This document shows positions 24,504-34,630 of a stretch of 40,961 bases of DNA, in pieces. The stretch spans positions 1-40,961 of the forward strand of contig PFUQ01000174.1 of NCBI GenBank assembly GCA_002790175.1. Reading direction: 5' to 3'. This DNA is from Flavobacteriales bacterium CG_4_9_14_3_um_filter_32_8. GTDB taxonomy: Bacteria > Bacteroidota > Bacteroidia > Flavobacteriales_E > Vicingaceae. The notes below the pieces were generated by a model. The model was not told the DNA's origin. It searched no databases and was given only the letters and a program-made list of their open reading frames with translations. Each line of letters opens with the position of its first letter. Position 1 is the first letter of the stretch. A program made the translations under genes and the position numbers.

Positions 24504-25643
24504 ATGAAAAGATTACTTTTGAATCAGATGAATATTGATGAAAAATACATTCATATTTGCTTAGAATTAGCAAAAAAAGGAATTGGAAATGTTGCTCCTA
24601 ATCCAATAGTTGGTTGTGTAATTGTTTACGAAAATAAAATTATTGGAGAAGGTTATCATCAAAAATATGGTGAAAACCACGCTGAAGTGAATGCAATTAA
24701 TTCTGTAAAAAATAAAGATTTATTGAAAGAAAGTACTCTTTATGTGAATTTAGAACCTTGTACTCATTTCGGAAAAACCCCTCCCTGTTCTAATTTGATT
24801 ATTGAAAAAAAAATTCCAAAAGTTGTTGTAGGTTGTATAGATTCTTATGCCGAAGTTGCTGGAAAAGGAATACTAAAAATGAGAGATGCAGGAATTGAAG
24901 TGGTGGTGGGTGTGTTAGAAAAAGAATCGCTCGATTTGAATAAACGATTTTTTACGTTTCATCATAAAAAAAGACCATACCTAATTTTAAAATGGGCTGA
25001 AACCAAAGATGGATTTATTGATGTGGACAGAACCGTCATTGCGAACCATAAGGAACGAAATGGGAAGCAATCTTTTAAATCAACAGATTGCTTATCTTCG
25101 TTGTACTCCGTTCGTAATGAAGTTGATAATTGGATTACATCATCATTAAGTAAAAAATTAGTTCATCAATGGAGAAGTGAAGAACAAGCAATACTAGTTG
25201 GAACGAATACAGCTTTAAACGATAATCCACAATTAAATGTAAGAGAAATTGTTGGAAAGAACCCTTTAAGAATTGTTTTAGATTTGAATTTAAGGTTGCC
25301 TAAAAACTTGAATTTGTTTGACCATTCTGTACCAACTTTAGTAATCAACTTACTGAAACAGGAAAAAAACAACAATTTAGAATTGGTGAAAATTGAAAAT
25401 GAAAAAGATATCATTTCCCAACTCCTTGAAGTTTTGTATCAAAAAGAAATTCAATCAGTAATTATCGAAGGTGGTGCTCAATTGCTCAACGCTTTTATTA
25501 CTAAAAATTTATGGGATGAAGCTAGAGTGTTTATTGGTGATAAGTATTTTAAGAATGGTTTAAAAGCTCCAAACATCAACCGAAAACCCATGAAAACTGA
25601 GCAAGTTGAAACAGATGTACTAAACACTTATTTTAATGATTGA
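24504..25643 (+). CDS. ribD: bifunctional riboflavin biosynthesis protein RibD (pyrimidine deaminase / uracil reductase) carrying a 29-aa insertion
   Basis: Deaminase motifs HAEVNAI and LEPCTHFGKTPPC. Reductase region KWAETKDGFI...WITS...QWRSEEQAILVGTNTALNDNPQLNVR...VIIEGGAQL. The likely true start is the ATG at 24528 (MNIDEKY). Confidence 0.92.
   Translation: MKRLLLNQMNIDEKYIHICLELAKKGIGNVAPNPIVGCVIVYENKIIGEGYHQKYGENHAEVNAINSVKNKDLLKESTLYVNLEPCTHFGKTPPCSNLIIEKKIPKVVVGCIDSYAEVAGKGILKMRDAGIEVVVGVLEKESLDLNKRFFTFHHKKRPYLILKWAETKDGFIDVDRTVIANHKERNGKQSFKSTDCLSSLYSVRNEVDNWITSSLSKKLVHQWRSEEQAILVGTNTALNDNPQLNVREIVGKNPLRIVLDLNLRLPKNLNLFDHSVPTLVINLLKQEKNNNLELVKIENEKDIISQLLEVLYQKEIQSVIIEGGAQLLNAFITKNLWDEARVFIGDKYFKNGLKAPNINRKPMKTEQVETDVLNTYFND
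25035..25121 (+). repeat. 87-bp imperfect palindromic element inserted in frame within ribD (encodes VIANHKERNGKQSFKSTDCLSSLYSVRNE)
   Basis: Terminal arms gtcattgcgaac / gttcgtaatgaa are complementary at 10 of 12 positions. The central perfect 9-bp stem is aagcaatct / agattgctt (25065-25073 / 25085-25093) with an 11-nt loop. The arm sequence resembles the intergenic element at 16913-17046. Confidence 0.75.
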
Positions 25644-26502
25644 TATTCTTTTAACCATTGTTGCCTTTAATACCCTAATTGTCGTTTTTAAACTATTTGA
25701 CAAATTTGGTGTTGACAATTTACAAGCATTAATTATCAATTACTTTGTAGCTGGATTTTGTGGTTTATATTTTTCTGATCAAGAATTTTCTATTACTTAT
25801 ATTTTAAATGCCCCTTGGATTTATCACGCAGCATTAGTTGGAGTTTTGTTTATTATAACTTTTAATTTATATGCAATTGGAACACAAAAAGTAGGAATTG
25901 CAGTAACTACTGTTGCTAATAAGTTGTCGCTTTTAATTCCTGTTGGTTTTGCTTTGATTTTATACCCCAACGAACAACTTTCCTATCTAAAAATAATAGG
26001 TTTTATAATGGCTATTGTTGGCATTTACCTTTCCTCCACCAAAAAGAGAAAACTATCTTTTGATAAAAAATACTTAGTACTAATTATTTTAGTTTTTATT
26101 GGTCAAGGTTTTGCCGACACGATTTTTAATCATGCACAAAAAACAGTAGTAAATGATGATGAAAAAGGATTGTTTTTTATGTGTTTAATGTTTATCGCAG
26201 GAATTAGTGGTATTTTAATATTAATCGGAAAATCAATAAAGCAAAAACCAAAATTTGAAATTAAAAACAGTATTGGTGGAATTGTTCTAGGGTTACCCAA
26301 CTTTGCTTCATTAATTTTCTTTTTTAATGCATTAGAAAGTTCTGGTCTTTCTGCTTCCCAAGTTTTTCCAGTGGTAAGCATGGGCATTGTTACAGTTTCT
26401 GCATTGGTAGGATTAGTTCTTTTTAAAGAAAAATTAACTCTCTTAAATTGGATTGGGTTGGGCTTTGCAGTATTGGCTATATTTTTTATCACTTTTCTTT
26501 GA
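25636..26502 (+). CDS. DMT/EamA-like integral membrane transporter
   Basis: 288 aa, about ten hydrophobic segments and a two-halves organisation. The start overlaps the ribD stop by 8 nt (ATGATTGA). Confidence 0.65.
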   Translation: MIDILLTIVAFNTLIVVFKLFDKFGVDNLQALIINYFVAGFCGLYFSDQEFSITYILNAPWIYHAALVGVLFIITFNLYAIGTQKVGIAVTTVANKLSLLIPVGFALILYPNEQLSYLKIIGFIMAIVGIYLSSTKKRKLSFDKKYLVLIILVFIGQGFADTIFNHAQKTVVNDDEKGLFFMCLMFIAGISGILILIGKSIKQKPKFEIKNSIGGIVLGLPNFASLIFFFNALESSGLSASQVFPVVSMGIVTVSALVGLVLFKEKLTLLNWIGLGFAVLAIFFITFL

Positions 26503-26642
26503 TTGGTAAACAATTTTTTCACTTTTTGCAACTTTTAATCGTAATTATTCGTCTTTAAAAAACTTATTATAATCACCTTTGATTAGATGTTGTTGTGGTT
26601 GGGTTTTTTATAATTATTATTAACTAAGTAACAATTATTGCC

Positions 26643-29600
26643 ATGCGAAAACTAATTTCTTTTATTCTTTTACTCCTCCTTAACTTTTCTATTTCTGCCC
26701 AAAATTGGGTAAACTCTGCAGGCGGTAATTTTAATGACGAATCTTATGATGTTGAGGTAGATGCTGCTGGAAATATTTACACAACTGGTTACACCACAGC
26801 AGCTTCTGTTTTTGGACCTTCCATCAATTTAACAACCAATGGTTATAGTGATGTTTATGTTTCTAAAAGTAGTGCCAATGGTAATTTTTTATGGGTAAAG
26901 GTTTTTGGTGGACTTTTAGCAGATAGAGGATATGATATTGAAGTTGATGCATCAGGAAACATTTATGTAACAGGAACTTTTAATGGAACAGCTACGTTTG
27001 GAAGTGTTACGCTCACAGCTAACAATAATTCACAAGACATCTTTGTGCTTAAATTAGACAATTTAGGTAATGTGATTTGGGTTAAGTCGGAAGGAGGTCC
27101 AGAAGGTGATACTGGATATGGAATTACTTTCGATAATTCTGGAAATGTTATTGTTACTGGTCAATTTAAGGGAACTGCTCAAATAGGATTAAATACGTTT
27201 TCTAGTGCAATTGATCCTATTTCGGGATTACCAGCTTACGATATTTTTGTTTCAAAATACGATGCCAATGGAATTGATTTGTGGTCGATACAAGGTACTG
27301 CAAAATATGACGATAGGGGATTAGCCTTAAAAACAGACCAAAATAACAACATTTATATAACTGGTCAGTTTTCTGACACGCTTACCATTGCAGGTTCTAC
27401 ACACAACAATACTATTTTTAATGCTGGAATGTTGTTAAAATTAGATTCCATGGGTAATGAAGTTTGGTTTAAAAGAATGGGAGCTGTCCAGACGTTGGTA
27501 TATGACCTTGATATAGATAACCTAGGTAATATTTACATTACTGGCGATTTTATGGGACAAATGATTATTATTGGAGCAAGTGGAAATAATTATTTGAATG
27601 GAAACTATACTTATCGAATATTTATCATCAAATTCGATTCACAAGGAGAACTATTATGGATGCGTGAAGACGATTCTAATTCACAAGTATCTTCAAAAGC
27701 AATAACATTAGATGCTAATCAAGACCCATACATTTCAGGTACTTTTAAATGTGTTTTTGATGAATATGCCGATTCTTTGGGTTCAGGTTTATTTAATTCG
27801 GTTGGTTACAATGATATTTTTATCACCAAGTACAACAACTCTGGAACTCAACAATGGATGAAACAGTATGGTGGACCATTGGATGATTATTGTTCAGGAA
27901 TTGCCATTTCACAAATTAACAATCCAATTATTGCAGGAGGTTACACCGAGTATTTTAATTATCCAGTGGGTTTTAGTTTTTCGCTTTTCTCAGGAATAAA
28001 TAATTATTTCCCTCCTTATTCTTGGAATCCTTGGTGTTTCAACAATAATTACATGTATCTGAATGCCGTTGGTGCAAAAGATATTTTTATAGCAAAACCA
28101 GTCGATTTATTAATTCCACATTATTACTATTATGAGGATGTTGCATGTTATGATTCTAATTTACCTTGCATAGAATCTCTTTGTCCTGATTCATTGGTTT
28201 TTTGTGGCGGTGGTCAAGTAGCTGATTTTACACACACAGCAGGAAATGGTTACTACGATGAGGATTATAACGCCAATCCAACCAATTACCAGCATGGTCC
28301 TTATTTTGATTTCTTGTGGAATAATGGTGATACAACTTACTATACAAATACCCCAACTACTGGAGATTACTGGGCAAACACAAAACGTATTGATAATTGC
28401 ACCATTACTAATGATACTGTTTTTGTTACTATCAACCCTATTCCACAAATGCCTTTGTTAACGGACGACCATGGATTTAATACACTTTCTTCTTACTATA
28501 ATGATATGCATTTGTGTTTTCCAGATACTGTTACTACTTGGTTTAATTATTTAGATACAAATTACCAATTTAGTTATACTATTCCAAATGGCACGATTTA
28601 TACAGATTCTTTACCTCATCAAATATTTGAAGCTGGAACTTACAATGTGGAGGTAGTTGATAGTAATAATTGTTTAAGTGGACAAGATTTTATTTTACAA
28701 TATGATTATCCCGAAGTAAAAGATACTATAGTTCCTTACATCATACAATTAAATGATACTGTTTGTTTAGGAGAACAAATATGCTACATCATTGCAGATT
28801 CTATTACAAACCCAAATGCCAATTTAACTCCTTATTGTGATTCAAATATTTATTATCCAAATATAGGATGTTTAGGTTTTTGTTTTACACCATTAGTTAC
28901 AGGGTGGTATCCAGTAAACCATACTATTATTTTAGGATACATTAATTTATGTGGATTAGATACCACACATTATTATGTTGAGGATTCCCTTTATGTGGTA
29001 GTTTTACCCATTCCTACTATGAACCTAAATTTAAGTGGAGATGGCTTACTTTGTCCAGGAGATACGGTAAATATTTGGACAGATACAGTTGTGTCTGGAT
29101 TTACTTGGAGTGGACCAGGGATTTTAATCGTTTCAGCAAATGGTGATTCGATATTTGCCAACCAACAAGGAACTTATAGCTATGGTGGAATTTTGACTGA
29201 CTCGATTACTGGATGCACAAATGTAATCAATAAGTATTATAATCTTACGGTAAAACCTAGTCCAACGATAATGAGCAATGTACCTGATAATATTATCTGT
29301 CCAGGAGACTCCCTTTTATTAACATGTATGCAATCCGGCATAGCATATAATTGGATTGGACCACAAGGTAATTTAATAGGAACTAACCAAACCATTTGGG
29401 TAAATGTTCCTGGATTTTATCATTGTGTATTAACCGATTACGATGGATGTGAACTGACTTCCAATACTATCGAATTAAAAGAATACAATACACCGTATTT
29501 ATTAGTTGAACCAGGAACTGAGCTTTGTCATACAGGTGCAATTGTATTGACTGCGGTTTATAGTGGGTTACCAACATTTCAATGGTTACCTCCAATCAAT

Positions 29601-32072
29601 TCAACGAGCCCTTCAGTTACCGTAAATCAACCCGGAACCTATTACTTAGAAGTAACCCAATGTGGTTTTACTGTTACCGATAGTGTAACTATTACTTCTG
29701 CGAATGTTGTGGCTACTATTACGCCTTTAACCGATACCATTATTTGTCCGGGAGATACTGCTATTTTAATGGCAAATTCTGGCATGGGAGGTTACGAGTG
29801 GGGACCTCAAACTTTTTTTGGACAAATTCTTCAAACAACTGATTCTGGAGATTATTATGTAACGGTTACTGAAGCTTCAACTGGTTGTACAGCAATTTCT
29901 GATACTGTACATATTGGATTTTATCCTGGCGGAACCAATCCAAGTGTTCAGAATATTACAATCTGTGCAGGTGATACGGCTACTTTAACGAATTTGAATA
30001 CTGGATTAACAACCAACTGGTATGGAAACGCTTTAGCATCAACACCATTTTTTATTGGTGACAGTGTAACTCTTATTAATTTAACCAATGATACTACTAT
30101 TTATGTTGAGAATTTTGATTCTAATTGTACGAGTAATCGAGTTCCTGTAACTATTGCCATCAGTCAAGCTTCTTTTATTCCCATCATTAACGGAAATAAT
30201 AGTGTGTGTTCGGGTGATTCCATTTGGCTTTCTACACCAACTATTCCTAATGGTATTTACAATTGGAATGGACCCAATGGATTTACATCCACTCAAAATC
30301 CATTAATCATTATGAATGTTGATACAACTGATGCAGGAGTTTATACCTTATCGGTTTCAGATAATTACTGTGCGAGTGCTGATACTTCAGTAACCATTAC
30401 TATTTTGCCTTTACCTCAAATTACCATTAATTCTGCCGATACTATTTGGAAATGTTTAACTGACACCATTACCATTTCTGCATCAGGTAACTATCAAAAT
30501 ATTACCTGGAACAATGGTTCAACCTTCGATTCCACGCTGGTGTTTTATACAGGAATCTACTTTGCCCAAGTAGTTGGAATAAATGGTTGTTCTACCTTGT
30601 CGGATACAGTATATGTTCTTAATTACACCGTTCAACAACCACAACTATCCGATACCACCATTTGTTTTGGAGATAGTGTTGAATTAGCTGCACTCAATAA
30701 TTCTATGTTAAACTGGTATGATAGTAATTTAACATTAATAACTGTTGACTCAGTCTTCCAAACTCCTGCATTATTTAATGATGTTTCTTACTTCACACTT
30801 TTTATTGATAGTAATGGGTGTGAAAGCCCATTACAGCTAATTACTGTTTATGTTACTCCAGCAAATGGTTCTCCTACAATTATTGGAGATACAGTTGTTT
30901 GTGAAGGACAACCTTTGTATTTATCTACAACACCTATTTTAGGTGCAACTTACCAATGGAGTAATTTTTCGGGAGTGTTAAGTACCTCTGTAAATTATTC
31001 CAATCCTTCCGTTTTATTATCTGACAGTGGTTGGTATCAGTTAATTGTTGGAAATGTGGCGTGTATCAATACCCAAGCGAGTATTAATATTACTATTCAT
31101 CCAATTCCTGCAACACCTACTATTTTAGGCGATTCGATTTATTGTGAAAATGATACCTTATTATTGTTTACACCCGATACCAATGGCACGGTTTATTGGA
31201 TGGATGCCCAATTTAACTCCTATTTTCAAGATAGCTTAACTCTTCCATTTATTTCTCCTTCTAATTCGGGTAATTATTATTTATCTATTGAAGATAGTAA
31301 TGGCTGTTTATCTTTAGCCGATACTATACAAATTACCGTATTGGCAGCACCATCTACACCAACTATTTATGCAAATAGTTCATATTGTACAGGCGATAGT
31401 ATCAATATTTCAACCGATTCTATTGTTGGTTTAACTTACCAATGGAATGGACCAGATTCGTTAATTAGTTCGAACGACAGTAATTTAATAGTAAATGCAA
31501 CAACTAGTAATTCTGGTATCTATTATTTAACAGTAGTTGATTCAAACGGCTGTTCATCTGATAATTATCAATTGATAAAAGTTTATGATTATCCGATTGT
31601 TAATTTAGGAAATGATACGATAATTTGTATCGACTCGCTTCCTAACTTTGTGTTAGAAGTGGATAGTTCTTATAGCTTTTATACTTGGCAAGCTGGTAGC
31701 ACTAATCCATATTATGATGTAATGATTCCTGGATTGTATTTTGTTGTTGCTGAAATTGGTGGTGGTTGCACTACAACAGATTCCATCTTTGTTCAAACTG
31801 ATAGTTGTATCATCAATTCAATTGCTAATGTTTTCACTCCAAATGGTGATGGTATCAATGATTTTTTTATCATTAAAAATTTAGAATATTATCCGAATAG
31901 TAAGTTAGTAGTTTTTAACCGTTGGGGAAGAATAGTTTTTGAAGATAACAATTACCGAAACAATTGGGATGGTGGTAATCAATCATCAGGCACCTATTAT
32001 TATGTGTTTTATCCGAACGATTCCTCAGAAAATGCGAAACCGTTTAAAGGATTTATTAGCTTAATCAGGTAG
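26643..32072 (+). CDS. giant surface adhesin with N-terminal SBBP-type beta-propeller repeats, ~12 tandem Cys-pair Ig-like modules and a T9SS type B (gliding-motility-associated, CHU_C) C-terminal domain
   Basis: 1809 aa with signal peptide ...SISAQ. Repeats of GNIY(V/I)TG.F.GT..FG span ~26700-27960. Modules of ~78 aa with the pattern (I/V)C.GD...L....G..Y.W.GP......I......G.Y...V.D..GC.S span ~29007-31808. The CTD is ANVFTPNGDGINDFFIIKNLEYYPNSKLVVFNRWGRIVFE (31821-32069). Confidence 0.92.
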   Translation: MRKLISFILLLLLNFSISAQNWVNSAGGNFNDESYDVEVDAAGNIYTTGYTTAASVFGPSINLTTNGYSDVYVSKSSANGNFLWVKVFGGLLADRGYDIEVDASGNIYVTGTFNGTATFGSVTLTANNNSQDIFVLKLDNLGNVIWVKSEGGPEGDTGYGITFDNSGNVIVTGQFKGTAQIGLNTFSSAIDPISGLPAYDIFVSKYDANGIDLWSIQGTAKYDDRGLALKTDQNNNIYITGQFSDTLTIAGSTHNNTIFNAGMLLKLDSMGNEVWFKRMGAVQTLVYDLDIDNLGNIYITGDFMGQMIIIGASGNNYLNGNYTYRIFIIKFDSQGELLWMREDDSNSQVSSKAITLDANQDPYISGTFKCVFDEYADSLGSGLFNSVGYNDIFITKYNNSGTQQWMKQYGGPLDDYCSGIAISQINNPIIAGGYTEYFNYPVGFSFSLFSGINNYFPPYSWNPWCFNNNYMYLNAVGAKDIFIAKPVDLLIPHYYYYEDVACYDSNLPCIESLCPDSLVFCGGGQVADFTHTAGNGYYDEDYNANPTNYQHGPYFDFLWNNGDTTYYTNTPTTGDYWANTKRIDNCTITNDTVFVTINPIPQMPLLTDDHGFNTLSSYYNDMHLCFPDTVTTWFNYLDTNYQFSYTIPNGTIYTDSLPHQIFEAGTYNVEVVDSNNCLSGQDFILQYDYPEVKDTIVPYIIQLNDTVCLGEQICYIIADSITNPNANLTPYCDSNIYYPNIGCLGFCFTPLVTGWYPVNHTIILGYINLCGLDTTHYYVEDSLYVVVLPIPTMNLNLSGDGLLCPGDTVNIWTDTVVSGFTWSGPGILIVSANGDSIFANQQGTYSYGGILTDSITGCTNVINKYYNLTVKPSPTIMSNVPDNIICPGDSLLLTCMQSGIAYNWIGPQGNLIGTNQTIWVNVPGFYHCVLTDYDGCELTSNTIELKEYNTPYLLVEPGTELCHTGAIVLTAVYSGLPTFQWLPPINSTSPSVTVNQPGTYYLEVTQCGFTVTDSVTITSANVVATITPLTDTIICPGDTAILMANSGMGGYEWGPQTFFGQILQTTDSGDYYVTVTEASTGCTAISDTVHIGFYPGGTNPSVQNITICAGDTATLTNLNTGLTTNWYGNALASTPFFIGDSVTLINLTNDTTIYVENFDSNCTSNRVPVTIAISQASFIPIINGNNSVCSGDSIWLSTPTIPNGIYNWNGPNGFTSTQNPLIIMNVDTTDAGVYTLSVSDNYCASADTSVTITILPLPQITINSADTIWKCLTDTITISASGNYQNITWNNGSTFDSTLVFYTGIYFAQVVGINGCSTLSDTVYVLNYTVQQPQLSDTTICFGDSVELAALNNSMLNWYDSNLTLITVDSVFQTPALFNDVSYFTLFIDSNGCESPLQLITVYVTPANGSPTIIGDTVVCEGQPLYLSTTPILGATYQWSNFSGVLSTSVNYSNPSVLLSDSGWYQLIVGNVACINTQASINITIHPIPATPTILGDSIYCENDTLLLFTPDTNGTVYWMDAQFNSYFQDSLTLPFISPSNSGNYYLSIEDSNGCLSLADTIQITVLAAPSTPTIYANSSYCTGDSINISTDSIVGLTYQWNGPDSLISSNDSNLIVNATTSNSGIYYLTVVDSNGCSSDNYQLIKVYDYPIVNLGNDTIICIDSLPNFVLEVDSSYSFYTWQAGSTNPYYDVMIPGLYFVVAEIGGGCTTTDSIFVQTDSCIINSIANVFTPNGDGINDFFIIKNLEYYPNSKLVVFNRWGRIVFEDNNYRNNWDGGNQSSGTYYYVFYPNDSSENAKPFKGFISLIR

Positions 32073-32083
32073 ATAAAATGTGA

Positions 32084-33727
32084 TTATTTTTCTGGAGCTG
32101 GAAGTTGCACTAAATCAAACGAATTTTCTTTGATAAAGGTAGTTCCTTTTCCCAAAGGCAATTCAACTTTTTCTGCTAACGGTTGATATCCTGATGCATT
32201 AATTGTAATGGAATAAGTATGACCTCCAGCTAAAGTAATGAAATAATTACCAGATTCGTTAGAAACAGTTTTTCCAGCAATTGCTCCAGTTTCATTTTTA
32301 AATTCAATGTTGGCTTCCACTTTATTTTCACCATTGGTAATAACTCCTTTTAAAATAGAAAGGTTGGTGGTAACACCATCAGCCAAAATAGGATATTCCG
32401 ATAAATCAATTTTATAAATATCACGTTCACCAAGACCTTCTCCCTTAACAGCAGAATAGTATGCTGTTTTTCCATCTAAACTTAAAATAAAATGTACATC
32501 ATCATCAATGGTATTAATTGGATAACCTAAATTTTCTGGTTTCGACCAAGAACCATCATCTTGTAATTTAGACATAAAAATATCTAATCCACCAATCGAC
32601 AAATGTCCTTTTGAACTAAAAAATAAAGTTTTTCCATCGGGGTGAATAAAAACAGAAATCTCATCATCTGGTGTATTAATAATAGGTCCTAAATTTTTTG
32701 GTTCACTCCAAGTAGTCCTAGTTAATCGTTCAGAAACATAAATATCTCCTTTACCTTGAGCATCGCTTTTTTTACCTTCTCGTTCGCTCACAAAATAGAG
32801 TTTATTGCCATCGGCAGAAAGACAAGCAGAACTCTCAAAATAAGAAGTGTTGATGGGTTTTTCTAATGGAACTGGTAAGCCCCAAGATCCAGAACTTAGT
32901 GATTTTTTAGAAACAAAAATATCGCCAATATAAGCTCCACCATCGTTTCTGTAAATATAAATACTATTTCCATCTGGAGAAATGCTTAAACAGGCATCAT
33001 GACCTTCGGTATTCAAATTCCCTTCTATTGGTCTAGCTTTCCCCCATGAGTTATCAATAGAGTCCCAAATAGAAATATAAATGTCTTCAAAATATTTAAA
33101 ATCACCTGCTTTATCCACTTCGCCACCTTTGGTATCCGATCTTCTGGAAGTAAAAATCATTGTTCTTCCATCTGCAGAAATAGAAGGAGCATAATCTCCA
33201 CCTCTTGAATTAATTGCATTACCTAAATTTTCTATTTTAGCTTTTACAGGACTTGCCATCATCTTTTTAGCATAATCTAGTTGAGATATTCTGTTGGTGA
33301 TTTGATGAAATTTTCTGTCTTTTTGAGATGCTATGGAATTGTATTTATTATAGGCTTCTAATGATTCGTCCAACTGATTATTTCGATGATAGGCTTGTGC
33401 TAAACTAAAATATAAATCTTTATCAACTTTGTCGTTTATTCGTTGGGCATTTTGAAAATATTCAACGGCTAAATCGAAATTATCCAACCGATAATGACAT
33501 TCTCCAATTCTGTAATTTACCATAGCATCATTGGTGTAATCTTTCAATAATTCTCTATAAATATTTAAAGATTCTCTCACATTTCCATTGGTTAAAAATT
33601 GGTGCCGAGCATCTTGCATTTTATACTTATATTCTATTTTTCCAGTTTTTTTAACATCATCTTGACCAAAAACAGCAATGCTAAAGATATTGAAGATGAT
33701 AAGTAGTAGTAATAAGTATTTTTTCAT
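32084..33727 (-). CDS. TPR + TolB-like (PD40/WD40-like) beta-propeller + carboxypeptidase-regulatory-like domain protein
   Basis: 547 aa with a signal peptide. N-terminal TPR-like helices (YRIGECHYRLDNFDLAVEYFQNA...). Repeated SxDG(K/R/N)x(L/I/M)(Y/I)F(V/T)S blades. C-terminal beta-sandwich ending GHTYSITINASGYQP. Confidence 0.8.
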   Translation of the reverse strand: MKKYLLLLLIIFNIFSIAVFGQDDVKKTGKIEYKYKMQDARHQFLTNGNVRESLNIYRELLKDYTNDAMVNYRIGECHYRLDNFDLAVEYFQNAQRINDKVDKDLYFSLAQAYHRNNQLDESLEAYNKYNSIASQKDRKFHQITNRISQLDYAKKMMASPVKAKIENLGNAINSRGGDYAPSISADGRTMIFTSRRSDTKGGEVDKAGDFKYFEDIYISIWDSIDNSWGKARPIEGNLNTEGHDACLSISPDGNSIYIYRNDGGAYIGDIFVSKKSLSSGSWGLPVPLEKPINTSYFESSACLSADGNKLYFVSEREGKKSDAQGKGDIYVSERLTRTTWSEPKNLGPIINTPDDEISVFIHPDGKTLFFSSKGHLSIGGLDIFMSKLQDDGSWSKPENLGYPINTIDDDVHFILSLDGKTAYYSAVKGEGLGERDIYKIDLSEYPILADGVTTNLSILKGVITNGENKVEANIEFKNETGAIAGKTVSNESGNYFITLAGGHTYSITINASGYQPLAEKVELPLGKGTTFIKENSFDLVQLPAPEK

Positions 33728-33850
33728 TTTTTTTATTTTAAAGCCAAAGAAATAGAACTAAAACCATTTATTGGTGAGCAAATATTATTGTTGAATTCAA
33801 ACAAAAATAAGTAATAAGAATTGGATAAAAAATATTATTTTCAACAGTTA

Positions 33851-34630
33851 CTAAAAATCGAAAGATGTTTTTTCTTTCTCTTCTATATAGTTAAGAAATT
33901 TGGTTAATGCTTGTTGTTTATTTTTGTTGAATGGATAGGAAATCTTATTACTTAAATAATCATAAAGTTGCTTTTGATTGACGTTATTGTCTTTATAATC
34001 AGTAACCACTTCTTTAATATTGTCTATTCCTTTTTTTAACGCACTATTAAAATTTGTTATAAATTCTGGTGTTAATTTTTTATTAGCTACCCAACATGCA
34101 AAAACAAAAGGTAAATCGGTATGTTTTTTCCATTCCTCTGCTAAATCATATTGATAGTTAAATACTTTAGGAAGATTAAAAGTTCGGTCTCCAATGATAA
34201 CTCCTGCAATGGCATTGTCAATTTTATTTTCATAACCTGTTGCTGCTTTTAACCATTTCGGATTTATTTTCCAATATTCTTTGGCTAATAGTTGAACTAA
34301 ATTGATGGATGTTTTGGATTGATAATCTAAATAAATGGCTTTTATTTCATTTAATGGAACATCACTATAAAGCATCACTGAAGCAACTTTTCCTTCTGCA
34401 CCTATACAATAATCCGAAATAATATGATATTCTTTTAATTGAGGAAGAATAGCAACTGGAACTAAACCTAAATCAACTTCATTTGCTAATAATTTTTTTG
34501 CACAAACAGAAGGTATATCAACAGATAACTCTATTTCGTTGATAACATTCGAATGATAAATTCCAAAAAGAAAAGGTAATGTATTAAGATAAGATACCGC
34601 CGAAACTCTAACCTTCAATTTTTTTTGCAT
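33851..34630 (-). CDS. mqnA: chorismate dehydratase MqnA (futalosine pathway of menaquinone biosynthesis)
   Basis: 259 aa. The N-terminal VRVSAVSYLNTLPFLFGI and the periplasmic-binding-protein-like fold pattern of the VitK2_biosynth family favour MqnA over MqnD. Confidence 0.7.
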   Translation of the reverse strand: MQKKLKVRVSAVSYLNTLPFLFGIYHSNVINEIELSVDIPSVCAKKLLANEVDLGLVPVAILPQLKEYHIISDYCIGAEGKVASVMLYSDVPLNEIKAIYLDYQSKTSINLVQLLAKEYWKINPKWLKAATGYENKIDNAIAGVIIGDRTFNLPKVFNYQYDLAEEWKKHTDLPFVFACWVANKKLTPEFITNFNSALKKGIDNIKEVVTDYKDNNVNQKQLYDYLSNKISYPFNKNKQQALTKFLNYIEEKEKTSFDF

